DNA from: an uncultured Solirubrobacterales bacterium
GTDB lineage: Bacteria; Actinomycetota; Thermoleophilia; Solirubrobacterales; 70-9
Reading direction: 5' to 3'
Assembly: GCA_963766115.1 (NCBI GenBank)
Contig: CAVXYR010000006.1
Coordinates: forward strand, 177,514-241,513
DNA length: 64,000 nt
The translations under genes were made by a program, and so were the position numbers. This document shows, in pieces, positions 45,354 to 55,327 of this stretch (the first letter of the stretch is position 1; every line of letters starts with the position of its first letter). The notes beneath the pieces are model-generated. The model worked only from the letters and a program-made list of their open reading frames with translations, ran no database searches and was not told the origin of the DNA.

Positions 45354-46796
45354 ATGGCTTCACTACTCCAGGAATACGCGGGCGACCGCTCCTACCTCGG
45401 TCCCCCGCCGGAAGGGTCGTGCAGCGGGGCGGCCGGTGGCGCCGCCTGCGGTGACCTTGCCCGAATCTCTCTGAGGGTCACCGACGGCAGTATCCCGGCG
45501 GTCAGCTTCGACGCGGAGGGCTGCGCCGCGACCCGGGCCGCCTGCGCCTGCCTCTGTGAGATGGTCGACGGGGCCGGCGTGCTCGAGGCCGCGCGAATCG
45601 GTCCAGAAGAGATCGAAGCCTGGCTCGGCGGCCTCAGTCCGGCCGGAAAGCATGCCGCCGTGCTGGCTGCGGATGCCCTCCACCGGGCGCTTTCGGAAGC
45701 CGCTTCCTCGGGCGCCCGGCTGGCCGAACCAAACCCCGATCGGGTGCTGGTCGCCGTTTCCGGGGGGGTCGACAGCGCGGTCGCAGCGCTCCGGGAACGT
45801 GAGCGCGGGGCCGAGGTCGTCGCGGTCACGGTCAAGCTCTGGGCCGACCCCGATACCGATGGGACCAAGGCCTGCTGCTCCCCCGAGGCCGTGCTCGGCG
45901 CACGGGCGGTCACCCACTCACTCGGAATCCCGCACTTCACGCTCGATCTCGAAAGTCGGTTCCGGGAGCGGGTGGTCGGCGAATTCGTCGACGGCTACCG
46001 CCGCGGCCAGACCCCCAACCCCTGCGTGCTCTGCAACGGCGAGGTCCGGATCGCGGCGATGGTCGCCCTGGCCGACCGCCTCGGTGCGAGCCATCTGGTC
46101 ACCGGCCATTACGCCCGGATCGTCGATGACGGCGAGGGGACACTGCTGGCGGAGGGCCAGGACGGAGACAAGGACCAGAGTTACATGCTGGCGGCCCTGC
46201 CGACCGAGGTGATCGCGCGGCTGCGTTTCCCCCTGGCCGAGATCACCAAGCGTGAGGTACGCCAGATCGCCGAGCGCCACTCCCTGGCGGTCGCGAAGAA
46301 GCCGGAAAGCCAGGACCTCTGTTTCCTGGCCGGTCAGGACAAGCGGGATTTTCTCCGTCGCCATGGTGGCCTCGAGGACCGGTCCGGCGCCGTACTCAAC
46401 AGCCGGGGAGAGCGACTGGCCGGCCATCAGGGACACCACAACTTCACGGTGGGCCAGCGCCGCGGCCTGGGCGTTGCCGCCGGCAGGCCGCTGTATGTCA
46501 CCGGAACCGACGCCGGTTCGAATACGGTCACGGTCGGGCCGCGTGAAGAACTGAGCGCGGACCGGGTGATCGTGCACGGAGCCGTCATGCACCGGGACGG
46601 CGCTACCGTCGACCGGGTCCGTCTGCGCTACCACTCTCCGGCGGTACGGGCCACGGTCGCGGCCGGCACCGGAAGTCACGACTCGCTGGAGCTCAGGCTG
46701 GAGGAGCCATTCGATGGTCCCGCTCCCGGTCAGGCGGCAGTGATGATGAACGGCGACACCGTGGTCGGCCACGCCACGATCGCCGGCAGGCGATGA
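45354..46796 (+). CDS. mnmA: Fusion protein: IscU/SufU-like N-terminal domain plus tRNA 2-thiouridine(34) synthase MnmA
   Basis: 480 aa. Residues 1 to approx 125 have GGAACGD...FDAEGCAATRAA...GKHAAVLAADAL (IscU-like, but HAA replaces the third-Cys HCS). The rest has the PP-loop VAVSGGVDSAV, then NPCVLCNGEVR, DQSYML and SQDLCF. Confidence 0.85.
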   Translation: MASLLQEYAGDRSYLGPPPEGSCSGAAGGAACGDLARISLRVTDGSIPAVSFDAEGCAATRAACACLCEMVDGAGVLEAARIGPEEIEAWLGGLSPAGKHAAVLAADALHRALSEAASSGARLAEPNPDRVLVAVSGGVDSAVAALRERERGAEVVAVTVKLWADPDTDGTKACCSPEAVLGARAVTHSLGIPHFTLDLESRFRERVVGEFVDGYRRGQTPNPCVLCNGEVRIAAMVALADRLGASHLVTGHYARIVDDGEGTLLAEGQDGDKDQSYMLAALPTEVIARLRFPLAEITKREVRQIAERHSLAVAKKPESQDLCFLAGQDKRDFLRRHGGLEDRSGAVLNSRGERLAGHQGHHNFTVGQRRGLGVAAGRPLYVTGTDAGSNTVTVGPREELSADRVIVHGAVMHRDGATVDRVRLRYHSPAVRATVAAGTGSHDSLELRLEEPFDGPAPGQAAVMMNGDTVVGHATIAGRR

Positions 46797-46812
46797 GTAG
46801 GGTCTGCAGGCG

Positions 46813-49443
46813 ATGAAATCGGACCAGATCAGGGAAACATTCCTGGAGTTCTTCGAGCAGCGCGACCACCGCCGGGTTGCCTCTGCTTCGCTGATTCCGC
46901 CGCCGGAGGACACTTCGACTCTGCTCACGGTTGCCGGCATGCAGCCGTTCAAGCCGTACTTCATGGGCCGCGAGAAGCCGCCGGCAAAGCGCCTGACCTC
47001 GAGCCAGACCTGTTTCCGCACCCCCGACATCGAAGAGGTCGGCAAGACCCTGCGGCATCTCACCTTCTTCGAGATGCTCGGCAACTTCAGTTTCGGTGAC
47101 TACTTCAAAGACGAGGCGGTCAGGTACGGCTGGGAGCTTTCGATCGAGGGCTTCGGATTCGATCCCGCAGAGATCTGGGTCACCGTTTTCGGAGGTGACG
47201 AAGAACTCGGTCTGGGCCCCGACGAGGAGGCGATCGCGATCTGGCGAGACCTCGGAGTTCCCGACGAACGGATCGTCAAGTTGCCCAGGTCGGAGAACTT
47301 CTGGCAGGCCGGCGGGGTCGGTCCCTGCGGCCCCTGCTCGGAGATGTACCTTGATCGCGGCACCGATTTCGGCGCACCCGGGGACCGGCCGGGAGATGAC
47401 ACCGACCGCTTCCTCGAATACTGGAACCACGTCTTCATGACCTATGAGCTGGGCGAAGACGGTGGTCTGACTCCGCTACCCAGCAGGAACATCGACACCG
47501 GTCTGGGCCTCGAGCGGATGGCGGCGATACTCCAGGACGTGCCGTCGGTCTACCAGACCGACCTGTTCGCACCGCTGATCGAGCTGGCCGAACAGAAAAG
47601 CGGCAGGACCTACGACTCCGACCCCGACACGACAAGGGCGATGCGGATCGTGGCTGACCATTCAAGGGGCATGACCTTCCTCCTGGCGGCCGGTGTGGTG
47701 CCGTCGAACGAGGATCGCGGCTACGTTTTGCGGAGGGTCATGCGACGGGCGATCCAGCAGGGTCGCACCCTCGGGCTTGAGGGGTCCTGGCTCGGTGAGT
47801 TCACCGACCGCACGATCGAGATCATGTCAGGGGCGTATCCGGCTATCGCTGCCGAGCGGGAACGGGTCGACCGCTGGGTCGGGACCGAGGAGGAGAGCTT
47901 CGGCCGTACGCTGGACCGTGGGACGGCCCTGCTCGAGCAGCTGGTCGAACGGGCGATCGCGGCAAAGAACTCCTGGATCTCGGCCGACGACGCATTCAAG
48001 CTGCACGACACCTTCGGTTTCCCCTACGACCTGACCCGCGAGATGATCGCGCGGCGCGGCCTCTCGGTTGACAGCGGGGGCTTCGAGGAGTTGATGGAGG
48101 CCCAGCGAAGGAGGGCGCGGAGCGGCGCCGCGGGGGGCGCCCGCGGCGAGCGCCACTCGAGGGTCCAGGACTTCGCGGTGAGTGGTCCGCCGAGCGAGTT
48201 CGTCGGCTACCGCTATCTGCGCTCGGAGACCGGGCTCGGCGCGCTTTCGGCCGAAGACGGGTCAGCCCTGGCCAAACTCGAAGAGAGCCCCTTCTACGCG
48301 GAGGGCGGTGGCCAGGTCGCCGACAGCGGACGGGTCGCCTGGGACGGCGGCGAGGCCCGGGTGACCGATGTGATCAGGGTCGGCGACGACCAGGTGCTGG
48401 AGATCGAGCAGGTATCGGGGGAGTGGCCGCCCGAGCCCGGTTCGACCGTCGAGGCCGAGGTTGACCGCAGCCGGCGCTTCCGGACCATGCGCAACCACAC
48501 CGCGACCCATCTGCTTCACGCCGCCCTGCGTGAGCGGCTCGGCGACCACGTGCATCAGGCCGGCTCGGCGGTGCGCCCGGACAAGCTTCGCTTCGACTTC
48601 AACCACGGAGAGGCGCTGAGTCCGGAAGACATCTCGGCGATCGAGGACCGGGTCAACAGCTGGATCAAGGCCGGAGAGCCGGTGCGCTGGATGAACATGG
48701 AAAAGGGCGAGGCAGAGCGGCTGGGCGCGATGGCGCTGTTCGGCGAGAAGTACGGCGACTGGGTCCGGATGGTCGAGGTCGAAAACGTCTCGCGTGAGCT
48801 CTGCGGCGGCACCCATGTGGTCAACACCGCCGAGATCGGGATCTTCAGGATCGTCTCGGAGAGCTCCAGCGCGGCCAACGTGCGCCGGATCGAGGCGATA
48901 ACCGGTCCCGAGGCGATCGACTGGTTTCGCGAGCGGGCCGGGGAACTGGCCGAGGTCGGCCGGCTGCTCGGCCGGGACCGGGACCCGGTCGGGGCCGCCC
49001 GCAGCGCGGCCGAGCAACTCGAGGAGGCGGCCCGCGGGGCCAGGAAGGCCGAACAGCAGCAGCTCGGCTCCCTCGCGGTCGAGCTCGCTTCCACGGCGGA
49101 GCAGGTCGGCCCGGTGGAGGCCGTGATCGGCACCGTGCCGGTGGCCAACCCGAAACAGATCCTGGCCCTTGCCAAGGCGGTCCAGTCTGAGAAGAAGGGC
49201 GTCGGCGTGGTCCTCGCCGGTGCCGATCCCGGCTCGGGCAAGGCCGGGATGGTGGCCCTGTTCGACCCGGCCGACGCCGGCGAGAAGGTTTCGGCCCGGG
49301 AGTTGATCGGCGAGGCCGCCGGCCGGATCGGCGGGGGAGGCGGTGGCAGCGATGAAATGGCCCAGGCGGGTGGCAAGAACCCGGATGGCCTCGAGGCGGC
49401 ACTCGAAGCGGCCCGCGCTTATCTCGAGTCGAGACCGAGTTGA
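46813..49443 (+). CDS. alaS: Alanyl-tRNA synthetase
   Basis: 876 aa. Has FEMLGNFSFGDYFK, the editing domain with HTATHLLHAALR, and the C-terminal DHHA1-like region. Confidence 0.95.
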   Translation: MKSDQIRETFLEFFEQRDHRRVASASLIPPPEDTSTLLTVAGMQPFKPYFMGREKPPAKRLTSSQTCFRTPDIEEVGKTLRHLTFFEMLGNFSFGDYFKDEAVRYGWELSIEGFGFDPAEIWVTVFGGDEELGLGPDEEAIAIWRDLGVPDERIVKLPRSENFWQAGGVGPCGPCSEMYLDRGTDFGAPGDRPGDDTDRFLEYWNHVFMTYELGEDGGLTPLPSRNIDTGLGLERMAAILQDVPSVYQTDLFAPLIELAEQKSGRTYDSDPDTTRAMRIVADHSRGMTFLLAAGVVPSNEDRGYVLRRVMRRAIQQGRTLGLEGSWLGEFTDRTIEIMSGAYPAIAAERERVDRWVGTEEESFGRTLDRGTALLEQLVERAIAAKNSWISADDAFKLHDTFGFPYDLTREMIARRGLSVDSGGFEELMEAQRRRARSGAAGGARGERHSRVQDFAVSGPPSEFVGYRYLRSETGLGALSAEDGSALAKLEESPFYAEGGGQVADSGRVAWDGGEARVTDVIRVGDDQVLEIEQVSGEWPPEPGSTVEAEVDRSRRFRTMRNHTATHLLHAALRERLGDHVHQAGSAVRPDKLRFDFNHGEALSPEDISAIEDRVNSWIKAGEPVRWMNMEKGEAERLGAMALFGEKYGDWVRMVEVENVSRELCGGTHVVNTAEIGIFRIVSESSSAANVRRIEAITGPEAIDWFRERAGELAEVGRLLGRDRDPVGAARSAAEQLEEAARGARKAEQQQLGSLAVELASTAEQVGPVEAVIGTVPVANPKQILALAKAVQSEKKGVGVVLAGADPGSGKAGMVALFDPADAGEKVSARELIGEAAGRIGGGGGGSDEMAQAGGKNPDGLEAALEAARAYLESRPS

Positions 49444-49841
49444 GGGTCCTGGCTCTCGACTACGGCACGGCGAGAATCGGCTGTGCGGTCTCGGATGCGA
49501 CCGGGACCCTGGCCACCCCGATCGCGGCGGTCGAGCCGCCCGATTGCGCGGCCGTCGCGGCGCTGGCCCGGGAACGTGAGGCCGAGCGGATCGTGGTCGG
49601 GCTGCCGGTTTCGCTTTCCGGCGAGGAGACCGGGCAGGCCGAGCTCACCCGGGCGTTTTGCGCCGATCTGACCGAGTTGGTCGATGTCCCGGTCGAGGTC
49701 TATGACGAGCGGTTCACCACCAGGATGGCCGCCCGGACCCGGCGCTCGGCCGGATCCGCGTCGGATGAGGATTCGATCGCTGCCGCCCACCTGCTCGAGA
49801 GCTACCTGACCGCCTCCTCGGGAAGGTCCCCCGGCGAATGA
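49440..49841 (+). CDS. ruvX: Holliday-junction-resolvase-like nuclease RuvX/YqgF
   Basis: 133 aa. The TTG overlaps the alaS stop. Has VLALDYGTARIGCAVSD...VVGLPVSLSGEE...DERFTT. Confidence 0.9.
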   Translation: MRVLALDYGTARIGCAVSDATGTLATPIAAVEPPDCAAVAALAREREAERIVVGLPVSLSGEETGQAELTRAFCADLTELVDVPVEVYDERFTTRMAARTRRSAGSASDEDSIAAAHLLESYLTASSGRSPGE

Positions 49842-51109
49842 CCGAACGCTGGTTCGGAGACCCGCCTGAGCACGATCCGGACGACCCGGAGGCGGTCGAA
49901 CGGGCCCTTCGACGCCAGGAGCGGGCCAACCGGCGACGCAGGGACGCCGAGGCGTCCGCCGGAGCCACATCCGAGCCGGAGTCGCCGGAGCCGGTCGAGC
50001 CGCCGGTGCAGGCCGAAAACGTCCCGCGACAGCGGCGCCCGGCCACCCGGCCCGGAGGCGGAGGCCGCAGACGGGGGGCGATAGCCGTCATCGCGGTGGT
50101 CGCGGTGGTCGCCCTGGCCGTCGTCGCATTCCTTTTCGCCCTGTTCCAGCCCTTTGCCGGTGACGGCGAAGGCGATCCGTTCAACCTGAAGGTCCCCCGC
50201 GGGGCCACGGTGGGCGAGGTCGGGGACCTGCTCGTCGAGAACGATGTGGTCTCGAACTCGGCCCTGTTCCGGCTGCGGGCCAAGCTCTCCGGCCAGGACT
50301 CGGAGATCCGGGAGGGCGACCACCAGTTCCGCAGGAACATGTCTTACGCCGCGGCTCTCGACCAGCTGGCCGTCGAGACGGTTTCGAAGAAGCTCACGGT
50401 CACGATACCCGAGGGTCTCAGTCGCTCTGAGGCGGCCGAGAGGGTGGCCGCCGACGGGATCCCCGGCGACTACATGGGCGACACGGTCAAGTCGAAGCTG
50501 CTCAATCCGCAGGACTACGGTGCTCAGGGCAGGGCCGAGGATCTCGAGGGCTTTCTCTTCCCGGCGACCTATGAATTGAAGCGGGGCTCCGATTCTCTCG
50601 ACCTGGTCGACCAGCAGCTCGAAGCGTTCAAACAGAACATCGGCTCGGTCAACATGAAGTACGCGCGGAAGAAGAACCTGACCACCTATGACGTTCTGAT
50701 CATCGCTTCGATGATCGAGCGGGAGGTGTCGGTGCCGAAGGAGCGCCGCAAGGTGGCGGCGGTGATCTACAACCGTCTGAAGACGGGTGAGCCGCTGGGG
50801 ATCGATGCGACCATACGCTTCGCCGTGGACGACTGGCAGAACCCGCTGACCGAATCGGATCTCGCCGTCGACTCCCCGTACAACACGAGGACCAACGCCG
50901 GGCTTCCTCCCGGTCCGATCGGCAGCCCGGGCCTCGCTTCGATCCAGGCGGCGGCGAACCCGGCCAGGATCGACGCCCTCTTTTACGTGGTCAAGCCGGG
51001 CGCCTGTGGCGAGCACGTATTTTCCGAGACGCTGGAGCAGTTCAACCGCGATGCCGAGGCCTATCGCCAGGCCCAGGAAGCGGCAGGCGGCTCGCCGGAC
51101 GGTTGCTGA
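49838..51109 (+). CDS. mltG: Endolytic murein transglycosylase MltG (YceG-like)
   Basis: 423 aa. ATGA overlap with ruvX. One TM, then EGFLFPATYE, ASMIEREV, YNTRTNAGLPPGPIGSPG. Confidence 0.9.
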   Translation: MTERWFGDPPEHDPDDPEAVERALRRQERANRRRRDAEASAGATSEPESPEPVEPPVQAENVPRQRRPATRPGGGGRRRGAIAVIAVVAVVALAVVAFLFALFQPFAGDGEGDPFNLKVPRGATVGEVGDLLVENDVVSNSALFRLRAKLSGQDSEIREGDHQFRRNMSYAAALDQLAVETVSKKLTVTIPEGLSRSEAAERVAADGIPGDYMGDTVKSKLLNPQDYGAQGRAEDLEGFLFPATYELKRGSDSLDLVDQQLEAFKQNIGSVNMKYARKKNLTTYDVLIIASMIEREVSVPKERRKVAAVIYNRLKTGEPLGIDATIRFAVDDWQNPLTESDLAVDSPYNTRTNAGLPPGPIGSPGLASIQAAANPARIDALFYVVKPGACGEHVFSETLEQFNRDAEAYRQAQEAAGGSPDGC

Positions 51110-51918
51110 TGGATGACCGCGCGGAAAAGCGTCTGGCGGTGCTCGGGCATCCGGTATCGCACTCACGCTCGCCGGCAATGCAGAATGCGGCCCTCGACGA
51201 CCTCGGCCTGGGAGGGACCTGGAACTACGAGGCGGTAGACGTGGCCCCGGAGGCGTTCGCCGGGGTCGTCCGGGGGATGGAAGCGGACGGGTTCGTCGGG
51301 GCCAATATCACCGTTCCTCACAAGCGCCCGGCTCTTGAGCTGGCCGACTCTGCCAGCCACGCTGCGGAGGCTATCGGGGCGGCGAATACGCTTACTTTCG
51401 AATCCGGTCGGGTAGTGGCCGACAACACCGACGCCCCGGGATTGATCGATGCCCTGCCGATCGATCCGGCTGGCAGCCGGACCCTGCTGCTGGGTGCAGG
51501 CGGGGCGGCAAGGGCGGCGCTCTGGGCACTCAACAGGGCCGGCGCGGATGTCGCGGTCTGGAACCGGACCGGGTCCAAAGCGGTTGAGCTGGCCGCCGAG
51601 CTCGGAGGAGCGGCGGCGGTCGATCCCGGGACCGGCGACTTCGACCTGATCGTCAACTCCAGCGCCGCCGGCCTGGGCGGCGGTGACCCGTTCTCCGATC
51701 TGCCCCTGGTACCGGATCATTTCCGCGGCGGACAGGTCGTCGTCGACCTGGTCTACGGTGCGGCTCCGAGCCGGCTGGTCGAAGCGGCGGCCGCGGCCGG
51801 TGCGCTGACCGTGGACGGCCTCGAGATCCTGGTCCGGCAGGGAGCCCGCTCGCTGGCGATCTGGACCGGCCTGCAGCCTTCGCTGGATGTGATGCGCGCC
51901 GCCGCCCGCGGTGGCTGA
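51109..51918 (+). CDS. aroE: Shikimate dehydrogenase
   Basis: Has GHPVSHSRSPAMQNAAL, GANITVPHK, NTDAPG, LGAGGAARA. The ATG at 51109 shares one base with the mltG TGA; the track start is TTG 51103. Confidence 0.9.
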   Translation: MDDRAEKRLAVLGHPVSHSRSPAMQNAALDDLGLGGTWNYEAVDVAPEAFAGVVRGMEADGFVGANITVPHKRPALELADSASHAAEAIGAANTLTFESGRVVADNTDAPGLIDALPIDPAGSRTLLLGAGGAARAALWALNRAGADVAVWNRTGSKAVELAAELGGAAAVDPGTGDFDLIVNSSAAGLGGGDPFSDLPLVPDHFRGGQVVVDLVYGAAPSRLVEAAAAAGALTVDGLEILVRQGARSLAIWTGLQPSLDVMRAAARGG

Positions 51919-51973
51919 AGGGCCTCCGGGATGGTGCCTGCACGCTGTCCGACATGAGGCCGGCGCGCCGTCC

Positions 51974-52554
51974 CTAGCCTGAGCTCAGAATGACCGCCCT
52001 CTCCGTGCCGGTGCTCGGCTCGGTGACAGCGAACCTGCCCGGAGATATGGGCAGCACCAGGTCGAACCTGGCCGGGGCATACGGGGTCGCGGTTTCCAGC
52101 CGACCGAGGTCCGCGATCTCGATATCGGATGTCACTTTCACCTTCACGATCACGACGATCCTCTTTCCGGGGGCAGCCACGATCATCTCCGGTGGTCCGG
52201 TTGCCGGGACGATCCGGGTCAGGCGCTCCGGTCCCGGTTCCCCGGAACCGGAGGCCGCTCCAGCCCCGGAATCGCCCTGGCCCCCGGCCACGCTCCGGTC
52301 GCGACCCGCTGTGGGCGTGTCGCGCCGGCGGAGCCGCCCGCACCGTCCGCGCCATCGGCACCGGAAGCGCCCGAGGCTCCGGTCGTGCCGGAAGTGCCAC
52401 CCGCGCCCGAGGCCCCGCTAGACCCCGAAGCACCGGTCGCCGAGCTGTCGGAGGTCGCCGGGTCCTCGCTCCCGGGCTGGGGGGTGATCATCGCGATCAC
52501 GGTCGAGATGACGAGCAGGACGAGCATCACCAGGATCAGCCTTCGGGCGGCCAT
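51974..52554 (-). CDS. Hypothetical membrane-anchored protein (TM, Gly/Ser/Ala-rich linker, approx 75-aa domain); possibly frameshifted near 52290
   Basis: Two overlapping track ORFs. 52219-52554 has MAARRLILVMLVLLVISTVIAMI plus a G/S/A/T linker. 51974-52291 has more G/S/A linker, then RLTRIVPATGPPEMIVAAPGKRIVVIVKVKVTSDIEIADLGR.... Total span is 3n+2. Confidence 0.4.
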
Positions 52555-52622
52555 CAGCGGGAGGCGTTTCGGCGTATGCAGGCGGCATCGTCCATGCGGT
52601 TGCCAATAGCCTAGGCATCACG

Positions 52623-53783
52623 ATGAGTTTCCGGTTCACGACAGCAGGCGAATCGCACGGCCCCGGGCTGGTCACGATCGTCGAGGGCCTTCCGGCCGGA
52701 CTCGAACTGAACCGTGAGACGCTCGACCGGGACATGGCCCGGCGGCAGCTTGGCCACGGGCGGGGCGGCAGGATGAAGATCGAGACCGACTCGGTCGAGA
52801 TCCGCACCGGCGTCCGGCACGGTTACACGCTTGGCAGCCCGATCGCCGCTCTGGTTGCCAATCGAGACTACGAAAACTGGGACGAGCGCATGAACCCGTG
52901 GCCGATCGAGGGGGAGATCCCGCCGATCACCCTGCCGCGCCCGGGCCACGCCGACCTGGTCGGCATGTGGAAATACAAGCACGGCGACCTGCGCAACATC
53001 CTCGAGCGTGCGAGCGCCCGGGAGACCGCGGCCAGGGTCGCTGCGGGAGCGATCGCCCGGGCGTTTCTCAGCGCGGTCGGGGTGACCGTCCTCAGTCACG
53101 TCACCCGGATCGCCTCGGTCGAGGCGCCCGACCCGGAGGGTCTGACAATCGATGACTTCGAGGGAGTCGACGACGATCCGGTGCGCTGTCTCGATCCCGT
53201 GACTTCGGCCCTGATGGTCGAGGAGATCAATGTCTTGCGCAAAAGGAACGAAAGCCTGGGCGGCACCTTCGAGGTCCGGGTCTTCGGCCTGCTGCCGGGA
53301 CTGGGCAGCCACGTCTCCTGGGAAGACCGCCTCGACGGGCGTCTGGCCCAGGCGGTCTGCTCGATCCAGGCGGTCAAAGGGGCCGCGATCGGCGAAGCCT
53401 GGGACGTGGCCTCGCGGCCGGGCTCCGAGGCGCACGACGAGATCTTCTTCTCCGAGGAGCGCGGGTACTACCGCGAGACCAATCACGCCGGCGGTCTCGA
53501 GGGAGGCATGACAAATGGCGAGCCGCTTTCCGTAAGGGCGGCGATCAAGCCGATCTCTACCCTGACCAAGCCACTCCGCTCGGTGGACACGGCCACTCAC
53601 GAGCCGTCGCAGGCTCACAAGGAGCGCACCGATTCGACCGTGGTCCCGGCCGCCGCCGTAGTCGCCGAGGCGATGGTCTGCCTGGTCATGGCGAAGTGCT
53701 ACCGCGAGAAGTTCGGCGGCGACCACATCGACGACGTGATCGCGGCGATCGACGCCTACAGGGATCGCATCGGCTGGCAATGA
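52623..53783 (+). CDS. aroC: Chorismate synthase
   Basis: 386 aa. Has FTTAGESHGPGL, RRQLGHGRGGRM, RPGHADL, ERASARETAARVAAG. Confidence 0.95.
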   Translation: MSFRFTTAGESHGPGLVTIVEGLPAGLELNRETLDRDMARRQLGHGRGGRMKIETDSVEIRTGVRHGYTLGSPIAALVANRDYENWDERMNPWPIEGEIPPITLPRPGHADLVGMWKYKHGDLRNILERASARETAARVAAGAIARAFLSAVGVTVLSHVTRIASVEAPDPEGLTIDDFEGVDDDPVRCLDPVTSALMVEEINVLRKRNESLGGTFEVRVFGLLPGLGSHVSWEDRLDGRLAQAVCSIQAVKGAAIGEAWDVASRPGSEAHDEIFFSEERGYYRETNHAGGLEGGMTNGEPLSVRAAIKPISTLTKPLRSVDTATHEPSQAHKERTDSTVVPAAAVVAEAMVCLVMAKCYREKFGGDHIDDVIAAIDAYRDRIGWQ

Positions 53784-55327
53784 TCTGCCTGGTCGGGTTC
53801 ATGGGGGCCGGCAAGTCCTCGGCCCTGGTCGAGTTCGAGGCCCGGGGACTCCGCACCGCCGACGCCGATGAGCTGATCGAAAGCGAGATCGACTGCTCGA
53901 TAGCCGACTACTTCGACCGGCATGGGGAAGCGTCGTTTCGCGAAATCGAACAGGAGGTCGTGCTCAGGGCGATGGCCGACCCGGCAATCGAGGCGATTGC
54001 CCTCGGAGGCGGCGCGGTTGAGAGTCCGGCGATCCGCGAGGCGCTCAAGAGCGATGACCATTCGGTCGTTCTGCTGGAGATCCCGCTGGAGGTCGCCTGG
54101 CGGAGGGCGCAGAACAACCGGCGCCCGCTCGCCCGCGACCGGACGGGTTTTGCCGAACTGCTCGCCCGGCGTCAGCCGCTCTACATGGAGGTTGCCGACG
54201 CCATCCTTCCGGCGACCGGCCGCCGGATCTGGCAGAGGGCCCTGGATCCGGTCCGCGTTCTGGCAGAACTGCCGGCCGGAACCAGGATGCTCTGGGCGGC
54301 GAGCGCCAACGGCGACTACCCGGTATACGTCGGCCGCGGCCTGCTCGGATCGCCGCTGTTCGGAGAAGCCGGCACCGCTCTCCCGGGTGCGGGGCGCTCG
54401 TTCTGCGTGACCGACGAGGCGGTGGGGCCTCTCTACCGCGACCGTCTCGGCCCGGTGGCGGGGGAGATCCTGGTGCCGCCCGGCGAGAGTGCCAAGACCC
54501 TGTCACGGGCAGAGGAGGTGCTGCGTGAACTGGCGACCCTGGGCATGACCCGGGCCGACCGGGTGATCGCGCTCGGTGGGGGCGTGATCGGGGACCTGGC
54601 CGGGTTCTGTGCCGCGACCTACCAGCGGGGGGTGCCGGTCGTTCAGGTACCGACCACGCTGGTCGCGCAGGTCGATTCGGCCTACGGGGGCAAGACCGGG
54701 GTCGACCTTCCCGAGGGAAAGAACTACGTCGGCTCCTTTCACCTTCCTTCGGTCGTGGTGGCCGACATCGACACGCTTGCGACCCTGCCGGACAGCGAGC
54801 TCAGCGCGGGAATGGCCGAAGTGGTCAAGACCGCCCTGCTGGCCGGTGGCAGGCTCTGGGAGCAGGTACGCGATCTCGAGCCCGGCGAGATGCCCGACCG
54901 GGCCGACCTGATCTACGCCTGCGCCAGGTACAAGTGCGGGGTGGTGGCCGAGGACGAGCGGGACACGGGAATCAGGGCGGCACTGAACCTGGGACACACG
55001 GTCGGCCACGCGATCGAGGCCGCGACCTCGTACAGCCGCTACCGGCACGGCGAGGCCGTGGCCCTGGGGCTGCTGGCCGCGCTCAGGCTTTCCGAGCTGC
55101 CCAAGCTGCGAACCGAGGTCGAGGGCTTGTGCCGGCGACACGGCCTGCCGGTCGAACTCGATCGTTCGGTCGGGGTCGATGCGGTCCTCGACGCAATCGA
55201 TAAGGACAAGAAGCGAACCTCGAAAGGGGTCGGCTTCGTGTTGCTGAAGGCGCCGGGCGAGCCGATGGTCGACCGCCTGGTCGCTCCCGATAGGGTGCGT
55301 GGGGCAGTGGAGGAGCTGATCAGTTGA
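53780..55327 (+). CDS. aroK-aroB: Bifunctional shikimate kinase / 3-dehydroquinate synthase fusion
   Basis: The ATG at 53780 overlaps the aroC TGA (ATGA). The N-terminus has LVGFMGAGKSS (P-loop kinase). From approx residue 170 there are LGGGVIGDLAGF, VQVPTTLVAQVDSAYGGKTGV and NLGHTVGHAIE. Confidence 0.9.
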   Translation: MICLVGFMGAGKSSALVEFEARGLRTADADELIESEIDCSIADYFDRHGEASFREIEQEVVLRAMADPAIEAIALGGGAVESPAIREALKSDDHSVVLLEIPLEVAWRRAQNNRRPLARDRTGFAELLARRQPLYMEVADAILPATGRRIWQRALDPVRVLAELPAGTRMLWAASANGDYPVYVGRGLLGSPLFGEAGTALPGAGRSFCVTDEAVGPLYRDRLGPVAGEILVPPGESAKTLSRAEEVLRELATLGMTRADRVIALGGGVIGDLAGFCAATYQRGVPVVQVPTTLVAQVDSAYGGKTGVDLPEGKNYVGSFHLPSVVVADIDTLATLPDSELSAGMAEVVKTALLAGGRLWEQVRDLEPGEMPDRADLIYACARYKCGVVAEDERDTGIRAALNLGHTVGHAIEAATSYSRYRHGEAVALGLLAALRLSELPKLRTEVEGLCRRHGLPVELDRSVGVDAVLDAIDKDKKRTSKGVGFVLLKAPGEPMVDRLVAPDRVRGAVEELIS

